Shown here: positions 54,323-64,000 of the stretch, in pieces
How positions within the stretch are numbered: position 1 is the first letter of the stretch
Layout of the letters: each line of letters starts with the position of its first letter
NCBI GenBank assembly: GCA_965203295.1
Contig: CBDBCZ010000017.1
Coordinates: forward strand, 1,184,001 to 1,248,000
DNA: 64,000 bases
From: Nitrospirales bacterium
GTDB lineage: Bacteria > Nitrospirota > Nitrospiria > Nitrospirales > UBA8639
Direction: 5' to 3'
Made by a program: the position numbers and the translations under genes
The notes under the pieces: generated by a model
Told to the model about the DNA's origin: nothing
Seen by the model: only the letters and a program-made list of their open reading frames with translations
Databases searched by the model: none

Positions 54323-55569
54323 CACGTTGCGCATGCGTACAATCTTCGCCGCGTAGCGACGTAGCGAACTGATAAAAGTGTGGGTTATGAACCTATGTAA
54401 CCCATACTTTTTAGCCAATCATTTTTATTGTTGATGATGTAATGTGGTATAAAAGATAGAACACTATAATAATTATATTACAACAGGGGTGGAAGTTGAA
54501 AACAAGATAAGTGTATAGGAGTGGGAAGGAATAGTGGAAGAATAGGTTTTTCTCTTTTTCTTATTTATGACGACACAGATGGTCCCACACGAAAAGGCAA
54601 AAGGTACCGATTTCTGTGGTGCTTACTGGTTGTACATCGTTAATTCGCTCAGATCTCCGCTGCTACATGAGATCAACGACGAAGGATTTCCATGAAGGGA
54701 GAGAAAACACTATTGTAATAATACGCCCTTTGCACACGAGCTGTTCTGATGGAGATCACTACATATTCCCAGCCCATTTGATTTGTTGATGTGGCTCTAT
54801 ACTAAATTCTAATGAAAGCATCCCATGTTTGTAGTCCAAGTCCATGCATCTAACCCCAAGCCTCACATTATTTTTGTACCCATTCCCAGCCCAATTGATT
54901 TGTTTGGTTGATGCAGCTCCATATTAAAATTTATACAAGTCTAATTCAGGCTTGAATTAAAGCATCCCATTTTTGTAGTCTAAGCTGTCCCGGCCCGACT
55001 CCATTCAATTACCCCCAAGCCTCACATTACTTTTGTACCCATTCCCAGCCCATTTGATAAATAGAGCTGTTGCAGTTGAGGACCTTGGAATCTTGATGGA
55101 GAGCTTGGGCATTAAGAATGCTTTTTTTCTAGTGACTATATTTTGCAACTATTTCCCCTGCAAAATTATGAGTGCTAAAAATGAAACCTGCATGAGAAGG
55201 GTAATATTCAAGGTATAGTCACAAGTATCTCATGCAAGTCATTGAGCTGAGACTGTTTCTATGCATCATCAGCACACATTGCATGTGGAGGCAAGACGGG
55301 CTCAGTACACTATCATTCTAATCACTTTTGCCATGCACACTTTGATTTCAGTATCAATGCAGTTTTGCAGGTAGCTAAACTCTGGGTTGTAATGAGTGAC
55401 ATTAAGTGTGCTCTAAACAAACACTGCAGGCTCATGCACACACAGAAACAATGCCCAACAGATATGTTGAGATAACTGTCTGGGCTGTTTCCTCCTTACT
55501 GTGAACAGAAATCATAGATGCATTCAGACATTCTAAACACAATGTATACATACAATTGTATAAATATTA

Positions 55570-58500
55570 TACAATAATTATCTTCTTCATCATATAAAAC
55601 CTCATGAAGGTGTGTTCGGGTATTATAGCTCACAACATATCCGCTGTACCACTTCTCTTCACCTTCAACCTTAAATTTGTGGAGAATTTTCTTTCCGACC
55701 AAAGAATCTGGGGAGTGGATATCTGAGTTCTCAACTATGAAGTCTGACAGTTCCTTGATAATGTCTCTCAGTGGTCGCTGCCTCCCTTTCTGAGTAAATG
55801 GCACTTTGACGCTTTGCTTTAGTACCTTCTTCCGGATGTTAATTTGCTCTCTTATTACAGCACGCTTTTTCTCTGCCTTCTTTTTAGCACTGATAGCCTC
55901 GTCATCTATTTCAGAAAGAGTGCTCTTCAGTTCAGTGGGTGATGTTATTAAATGTAATGTGGATAGTTTTTCTCCTTCTTGGGTAGCTCTCTCATTCAAT
56001 GCCTCTCGACAACATTTCTCACGAACCATTTTCTCACGTCTTTGTTTGCTTATTCGGGTTACTTCTTTCTTGTAGAGCTTTGCTACTTCCTCTCTTCTCT
56101 TGATGGCAAGGTCAATAATAGTGCTTTGCTGATCACGGGGAGGTTGGTGGAACCACTGCATGGTTTTGTTTTTCTTCACTTGAACCAGGTTAGAACGAGA
56201 CATCTGATGCAGGTTAGGGATAGCGGTTGTTAGGTAGTCATTTAAACCCAAGATGCTCTTACAAAGATCATTGGTTGGCTTATTTTCTTTAGGATAGCTT
56301 CAATAGCTGGCTCTGGTTCCCAGTACTTCCCTCCTGGTAACTGAGTCTGGGCATATGTGCACAGCTTTTCCTTCATATAGCTGATGCTCCAGCAGCAAGC
56401 AGTGGATACAAAAGTGTATCATCCCATTCATCTTCTTTAAAGATCTGTTCTTCTATGGGGTGGTACGTAGAATGTAAACGGTGATTTAGTTTTTATTAAC
56501 ACCGTAAAGTTCCTCCTCAGATGCAAAAACTTTGAAATCTTTATCCATTGCTGTCTGTGGGTTGAGTTCAACTTCCTCTAAAAATAATCGGAGTTCTAGA
56601 TAGTGCTCGTTCATGTCAAAAGCACTTTTGTCCAGGTCATTAGATTTTGCTAACATTACAAGATTGGAATATATTGGATGGAACATCAGGGCATCAGCTT
56701 TCAGCTGGGATAATTCATCTGGGTCTTGCAATTTTTTGAAAACTACTTGTTCAAGCTTGTTACCTACACTTTTACCGCTATACTGGAGAAAGTCCACAGC
56801 TGCTTCTCGAAGGAATAAAATCTTTCCTGCATTGCATGCTGTTACAAAATATCTACTTCCTACTTGTCTTTCCAACCTAACTTTGGCACACAGTTGGTAA
56901 TAAGAAGCCTTCTCAGAGCCTGAGGTAGAGGCTTCTTCTAAAAAGTCTGGAAAAGCCAACGAGCCAAGACCATACTCTGGCACACCATGCTTACCGAGTA
57001 GTTTGCAAAACTCATGAACCATTGTATCCGTCTGATGAGACTCTCTTTGCTGTACAGTGTCAGTAGAATCTGCACAAGTTAGGCTTCTCACTCCATCAAG
57101 AAATGCTTTACGAAGGTTTATGCCAAGGTGCATACTACAAAAGTTCTCTACAAGTTCAATTGCTTCCGGGCACATAGCACCAAACCTCTCTTCGTCTTTC
57201 TCCCTTTCTTCTTGCAAAAGTTTATTGAATCTTTTCTGTGTAGAGGCTGAGTCTGATGATGAAGATACTATCAAGGTCCAGTTTATTTTATCAGCATTTG
57301 GCAATTTCAGTGCGTGAGCTATATCCCTTTAAGCTTCTGCAGTTCTTGAGATACATCATCAATCGTGCTGTCCGCACTTCCATCTGGTACTTCACCACCA
57401 ATGGCAGCTCCTTCATGTTTCTTCTGTGACTTTGTGGTTCCATCAGTGTTCAAGTGTAAAGCTCCTGACTTGGCTTGCTCAAGGATGGATGTTACAGTAG
57501 CCTTATGTGCCAAGCTTACAGTAGTTAGCTCTTGTCTTCTCATATAGGATGCACAAGACTCACTTGGTAACTGCAGATGTGTTAAGTCTAACGAGGGTAA
57601 GAAACACTTCAGAATGGACCTAATGTAGTTGAAATTTTAGCAGGTGGTAATTGATTGGCAAGCAAAGTGTAATAGAGCTCCCTTACAGCGGGTGTGTACA
57701 CTTTACCACCATCTTTTGATTCAAGCTTTTGTCTACTTTTTTGTGCTTGCTTTTGTGCACAATCGCGTTGTTTTTGAGTAGATTGCAGTCTATTAGTGAT
57801 GTCCTTTAGAGCATGGTTTGTATGATAGTGACATCAAGTTCTGCCCTTGCTATTTCCACTTCTCTTTTCATCACAATTAACTCTTGTTCTTGCTCCTTTA
57901 TTTTTGCTGACAGTTCTTCAATCTCAGTCAAACACCCACTGACTTCCGTTTGTAGGTGCTCATTGACAATTGTTGCATGCAGACTATACCACATTAATTC
58001 TTTGTCAGAAAATGCTACTTTTCGGATAAACTGGAAAATGTTGTCAAGGCGGCCAGATGCATTCTTTCTACGCAGCTCTGGGTCAATACGGATACGGAAA
58101 TTTCCAATTGCTGTTTTTGTTACAGAGCGTGATGGAGGCCACTTCCTTAGGAAATTGTGCATGTATAGTTCCCTATAAAATCCAACTGTAAGAATTTCAT
58201 TTAGTGACCAGCATACAATGGCATGCGTTTCATGATCCTGACAAGGCTGTAAAAAGGCTTTCTTTAGCACCTCTTCAGTGAGGCCATACTGGTGTAGTTC
58301 AGCAGGAAAGGATATGCAACCTGAGCATGAAGAAGCAAAAGCTATGTCAAATATAAAGTTTCCCCTCTGTGCTATTGCCGAGCATGCATGCAAGAAGCAA
58401 TGGAATGAAATGTGTTGCATGCAGACTCTGTGTACTATAGTTTTTATGTAAGGCTGACATTTCCTGTTTTTACGTGGCCAGCCATATCATGCAGAGGACA

Positions 58501-58950
58501 ATAAGTTGCGAGAAAGTGGGAGTACAAGCATGCTCAGCTCTATTGGTACTTCCTGTAAAGCCCTTTGAAGCAATATGAAATGGGCCGTTAGGTATATTGA
58601 CACCGAAAGCCGTACCTTCATGTCCTAGTTATTGAGTTATTAAAAACTATAACAAGCCCGGTGTTGCCTTCATAGTATTGCTAGCTAGCATACCTTGTGT
58701 ATTCCTTATCCTTGGTACCCAGCGTCTCTTCAAATAGGAACGCAATGGAGAACCGTTCAGCAGATGGCCTTGTTAACGTTGGAGCAGCTATCTTCCTAAC
58801 CGTGTCATAAAAATGGCTTGGGCGATGGGAATGTGAGGAAATTCATTGTCACAACGAGTTCAGCAAGGGACGTTTCGGTCCCTCCCTCTGTTTCTGCATC
58901 CTTGAGGATTCTTACGAGTTCTCCGTATGTAGGTTCACGTGCAGCCATAT
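55570..58950 (-). pseudogene. Decayed DDE transposase with CxxH (hAT-like supergroup) and a C-terminal Tudor-like domain
   Basis: NTDGTT, SSDSASTQKRFN, NFCSMHLGINL, VGSRYFV, TNDLCKSILG; tail LVGKKILHKF..WYSGYVVSY..V.YD; several frameshifts. Confidence 0.6.
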
Positions 58951-61095
58951 ACTGCTAGAAGGTAGATACCGGCCAAATTATAACATTGAGGTCGACACAA
59001 AAAGTTTTCTATTGCATTAAATCACAGACTGCTGGTCACTGTTGTTTAAGTCCTCACTTATCATGACTGAATGTACATGTAGCCTATCCAGCAACAAGAA
59101 ACCCCAAAGATACCTTAGAAGCTTGTAGTACTATACAGTCCCACACTTGCTAGTGAGCGTCACTCAAAGACATCTCAACCAGATGGCAAGCAACAACTAA
59201 AATTTACCTCATTTGCTGCACTTACTATATAGGCCTAGTGCTTCTAAAATTTACCCAAAGGGAGATGGTTGCATGAAATTGGTATACACCACACGAAACT
59301 CACAGTAGCTTTGCTCACGCGCTTACCGGTAAGGTACTTTTGCGCTTTGGAAGAGCTTAAATCACGACTAATGCGCTCCAAATGAAGTATGGATTATAGA
59401 AGGACTTTCAAATGTTCAAACTGCTCAGTTTTACCTGACGTCATACCCATCACAATTTTGACCTTTAACCTTCGCGCTTCCGGGGTTTGAAGGTGCGGTT
59501 GTGATACTACGTTGGAGTCTAGTATACCACGATAGTTCAAGACCCGATTCTCAAAGATCGATTTTTCACATTGGGGACCCTACAAAGGACATTCTTGTAT
59601 CACTTGTATTGACAAATTGTGCTATAGCACTTATCTGAAGACAGTAGCGTGTGACAACTCCGAGGTAGCAACGTTCTGTTGTAGGCTCGACAGCTGCTGT
59701 CACCAAACGGTCACCTTGGGACAGTCTTGACAGCCACTATCAACAGACAAAGTAAGCAGAATAAATAGTAGTCTAGCTAGCTAAAATAGTACTGCTTACC
59801 GGTGTATGAATTTAATATAGACTTACAATACGGTAAAATTACGAAAAGTTAATGCACTTATCTTGCCAAAGACCGACAACTCCAAGATTAGGTTGCCAAG
59901 AAGAAATGACAAACTCTCTCTCGACACGGAACGCTGTTGCGATAGCGGTCGAGATCGAATTAACGCCCTACGGTTAAGCATGGATAATATAGTACACGTA
60001 CTACGTGTACTATATTATCCATGGGTTAAGGTAGCTACGTAGCGCTCGTTCTGTGACACGTCTGTGACGATTAGTGCGCATAAACGCATGATGTCACGTA
60101 TAGCTAATAGCGTTCCATTGAGAAGAATACGGAAGGTATGCAGAGGTTTACGATATCTGGCCTACAGAATGTTTTATAGCTTCAAGGGGACGGGTGGAGA
60201 TGCCGCCTCAAAAACCTTGGTTTGCAAGTATGGAGCTGTGCAGCAGAAGATTGGGCTTAAATGCAACGAATTCTCAGTGAGGTTGCAAAAAACTTAGCAA
60301 AGCTACGGTATGGTGGCGGTTTTACCACTCAGATTCAAGCTATTTTCTTTTGAAAACAGCTAAATTTACACAAGATCACTCATCGAGGCGTTTTCCGCCA
60401 ACATACCTAATTGCATTCCACTATTAGCGCACGTGATCGGTTCCAACCTCCTCAGGAGCGCACTGTATATCACGTTGGAGAATCAGTTTGTTCGTTATGA
60501 AGATTATGTTGTCGTGGACATGCGCGCTCGAAAATGAAGTTCAATCGTGCTAAAATCACGGTGATTGCTTGAAGCGATTTTGAGCTAGCCTCGTTGAAGA
60601 ATAAGAAACCAGAATTAGAAGATGAACAAACTGGTATTTCAGCCGCCTTCCAGTTTTCTATTTTAACGAAGCTTTTTGGCGACTTTGGGAGCCTTGTTGG
60701 TTGCAGAAACCCCCAAAAATGAAGGTTAGGTCCCTATTAAAGCTTAAAAGTTATTTTTTGGAGAGATTTGGAAACTTCGATTTTATATTGCGTATACGGA
60801 GTGTCCGTGCCATCCCTACATAGAGAGTCTACCGACTCTCTGATACACTGAGGTACCTCTAGTTAACGTTTGTAATTCAGGCTACCAAAGAAACACAAAA
60901 GAAAAATGAGGACATGAGGGAGGTAAAGCTTATTGATTTTGCCATGTTGTTTTCCGGTCCTAGCTTCAGTTTTCTGATAGTAAGAAAATTCATACCGTAC
61001 TTGTAGATTGTATCGAAAGTACTCCTGGTAAGCATGCAGGCATGGGCCGGGATGAGCTCAAAAGCGCCTATGATCCTGGCAAGCCATGCAGGTAC

Positions 61096-61359
61096 TAGTC
61101 TCGTGCCCAGCCCCACGCTAGAAAGTGGGTCTGGCTCCCCGTATATTCGAAGTTGGGTTAGCGTTACATCACATTACATCACCAAACGGATAGTGTCTAC
61201 GTGGCCATTTGTGTAGATATCCGGATACTGCAACCGTTTAGTGATGTATATAAGTAACCAATCACATTGCCGTTCCAGATCTGGGACCGCTGACGTAATA
61301 TTAATGCTGCCCCAACTTTGAATATACGGGGAGCCAGACCCACCTTCCTAACGTGGGGC
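61096..61359. mobile_element. MITE with ~50-bp TIRs (TAGTCTCG family)
   Basis: AGCCCCACG..GTGGGTCTGGCTCCCCGTATATTC.AAGTTGGG present inverted at 61310-61359. Confidence 0.85.
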
Positions 61360-62603
61360 TCAACAAAAAGTTAGGGTTGTTTTCACCAAACTTAGACTAT
61401 AATTATAGTAGGCATAATCTTTGAAATCCCATTGGATAGGTCATGAGTCTCAGATCTAAATCCCATATATCCATGCATGCATGGGGTTTACGTATATAAA
61501 TCCCATTCCATGCGAGATGGACATATTTTGGTAACAGTACAGTAGTAATGGGTCGGTATATAGTCTAAATAACTTAGATGCCTCGACCAATGCATGGGAT
61601 CTACGAGATTAAGAAACCCTCAATCCTGGTGTCTAAGTTAAACCTATATTTGGTTACCTCAGTTACAGTTCAAGGGTAACCACATTTTCCACCATGCAGG
61701 CTTGACCATATAAAGGCACAGCCAGACAGCTATAACCTGTATATAGCATACAGTTCCAGTTAGGAAGCCAGTCATGCTATTCCTGTAAAATATGTATTAT
61801 TGTAGGAATAAGTAGCTATTAGTAAACAATATTCCTGTGACTGGCTTCCTAATGGAACTTGCTTTAAATGTGGCATGTGGTGAGTGAACCATCTGGGATC
61901 TGATGCCCACATATTATACACAACAGACATGTTTCCTGTAACTCCTGTATTAGTTACAGGAATAACATGTTTCTGTAAATATGCATTGTTGTAAAAAATA
62001 ACATGATTCCTGTGACTGCATGGCTTCATAACTGGAACTCCTGTAATAATGTATAACATTGTGGTGTGTGAGCCACCTGGGATCTGATGCCAACATACAC
62101 AACAGTTGTAGGGAAAGCAAAGTGGTTGCCTTTGTTGAGGGAACCTATAACCACTGTGTTATTTCTGCAACAACGTATCAGGTGACCCACTTTCCTGCAA
62201 CTATAGCAACTGTACATGTACTGCCTAATTCCTATACCATTCCTACATAGCCTCGGCTAGTCCTACATACTCAGACGTCCAACTAACTACATGTAATAAC
62301 AGAGAGATATTTGAAAGATGCATTGATCAAATCGAATAATACAGCAATAATGCTTCCTTATTATTATGCTAAACACAAGGACTAGGAAATGAGTATATAG
62401 GAATTTAAAATGCACTCTGTCTCAGTTTGTAAAAAAGTGAATCAAAGCGATTAATCATAATTATACCTGGGTATACTAGTAACAGTATTCTATAAGAAAG
62501 CAATTTCCTCCAAACTATTGGTACCACAAATTATTGTCAATGAGCTACTTCCACTATGGTTCAAGTTCAGGGGTATCAGTCTCCTGAATCCAATATGAGT
62601 TAA

Positions 62604-63249
62604 GGTTAGGACCAACCGGAAGTTTTCTACGCTCGCGCACGCCGCTTGTACCTATGGCAACCTTCAATAATACAATACTTCATGTATTATGATAAGTAAT
62701 ACTTTCATGTACTAAGTGAAAGCGTTAGGGGGTTGCCAGAAGATTCTGTCGCGGTAAATCCCAGGACTCGTGAGCTACCTGTAGGTCTGATTCGCGGATA
62801 TGCTAAACTTCTAAGGGGTCTACATGTCCAGACATCGAGAATGAAGACTTATCGCCTTTTTCCAGGGCGTACAGAGCCGACTTTAAAAATCCACAATCGC
62901 GGCCATTACTCTCTAACGGAAGGCGATAAGTCGTCATTCTCAATGTCTGGACATGTAACCTATAGACCTACAGATACAGCCGTGGCTTCAGCTACATCTG
63001 TCTCTTGGATTCGGAGGGATTTACCGCGAATGCGTTTCGAGCTGGTAAGTGAATATAGCGCCTGTACGGTGGAAAGACTGCACGCTTCGACAAAAATTTT
63101 GTTTCTGGGCTTTCTCCAGTTTCTATACTCTAGCCCTTGCATAGTTTTGTGGCCTTGCATTGCCGCGTTGTCGAGCTATGAACGTCAAAACCGTACACGG
63201 TCATGAATTTTTAATATTAAATTTTCTCCACTTCCGGTTGGGCCTAACC
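62604..63249. mobile_element. Non-autonomous DNA transposon with TTAA TSD and GG..CC ends (Kolobok-like)
   Basis: TTAA-GGTTAGGACCAACCGGAAG..CTTCCGGTTGGGCCTAACC-TTAA. Confidence 0.8.
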
Positions 63250-63574
63250 TTAATGCAACTTATGTAATGTCCTGACTCGACTCCTGACTTCTGAGTTCAT
63301 AGAGTTACCACACCACATACTTTCTGCAGTGAGAAAATCGTCTATCATTTTGTGATAGCAGCCACTGCAGCTGAAGCCTCATGTTTGCTGTAGTGCATGC
63401 AACAAAGACTCATGGCATGTATTAAACAACAATTGGTGGTGTAAATCACATACTTGATTAGTAGCAGTACATTTACCTCAGACTATTGTCAAGAGTGCGA
63501 TTATTTCCATATTTGCACACTTTTTGTGATCATAATTAACATGGAATCATATTGGCTTGTAGTGCAATCCAGGC

Positions 63575-63700
63575 CACGTGATCAGAGCGGTATCCACCTC
63601 TTGCGCATGCGCGAACGTGCTGGAATTTGATTGGTTGGTACTGTTACCGCACCGTAGAAGGCATACACCCTCTGTAAGCGCGTGTATAAAAGAGAGATAC
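63575..63700 (+). promoter_or_regulatory. RNA polymerase II promoter
   Basis: CACGTG, GCGCATGCGC (NRF1-like), ATTGG, and TATAAAAG at ~63685. Confidence 0.55.
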
Positions 63701-63766
63701 AATTCTTCATTTCTCACAATTCAAACGTGCCTGTTTATAAGCCTGCGCAGTAACCTATTCTGCGAA

Positions 63767-64000
63767 ATGGCAGCAAGCGATGTTTCACGTTCTGGACGAA
63801 CAGCTGCAGAAAACATCAAGTTTCATATTGCCGCTGAGAGGTCTGAATTGAGCAGCACATTGCCTGCCTTCATCATCAACAAACCTCAGAGTGTGCATGC
63901 AGACGTCATCGGCTTGAGTGAAGGAGAGCTGATTTCCAGCAATGCGGATCTTGCTGTAACCCTCGCGCCGAAGCGGGCTGCACTTCAGCAAAAAGTCGAT
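63767..64000 (+). CDS. 5' end of an unidentified protein (MAASDVSRSGRTAAENIKFH...), runs off the window
   Basis: AAAATGG-like Kozak context (GAAATGG) after a TATA box; 78 codons open to the window edge. Confidence 0.55.
   Translation, partial: MAASDVSRSGRTAAENIKFHIAAERSELSSTLPAFIINKPQSVHADVIGLSEGELISSNADLAVTLAPKRAALQQKVD

Noticed and set aside
63785..63991. Minus-strand 68-aa ORF
   Set aside because: The plus-strand frame from 63767 has promoter and start-context support, so this is probably its antisense shadow

Overview
Eukaryotic, repeat-rich animal DNA with spliceosomal introns. The gene and repeat style suggests a demosponge, which is an inference. About 0.55-15.9 kb is a ~248-bp dimeric satellite with higher-order blocks, split by a ~1.3-kb insertion. 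About 16-25.6 kb holds decayed mobile elements: a CRE-like RLE non-LTR retrotransposon bracketed by inverted repeats, a Zator/TP36-like transposase remnant, and a Helentron-type element with STPR repeats. Host genes are a spliced ZU5-UPA-Death domain gene (+, 27.2-30.3 kb), a six-coding-exon CDCA7-like gene (-, 45716-30953), an intronless 226-aa glycine-zipper protein gene (-), and a gene start at the right edge. The 9.8-kb first coding intron of CDCA7 contains a nested, intact, single-exon 338-aa HEPN-like (RxxxxH) putative RNase ORF. It also contains a TTAA-flanked piggyBac whose transposase carries a ~2.3-kb 96-bp tandem expansion and a nested hAT-type MITE. A ~230-bp non-coding module lies upstream of both the Death-domain gene and the glycine-zipper gene, in the same relative orientation. 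A decayed CxxH-type DDE transposase with a Tudor-like tail, LINE fragments and many MITEs fill the rest. Family assignments come from recognising motifs by eye; no searches were run.
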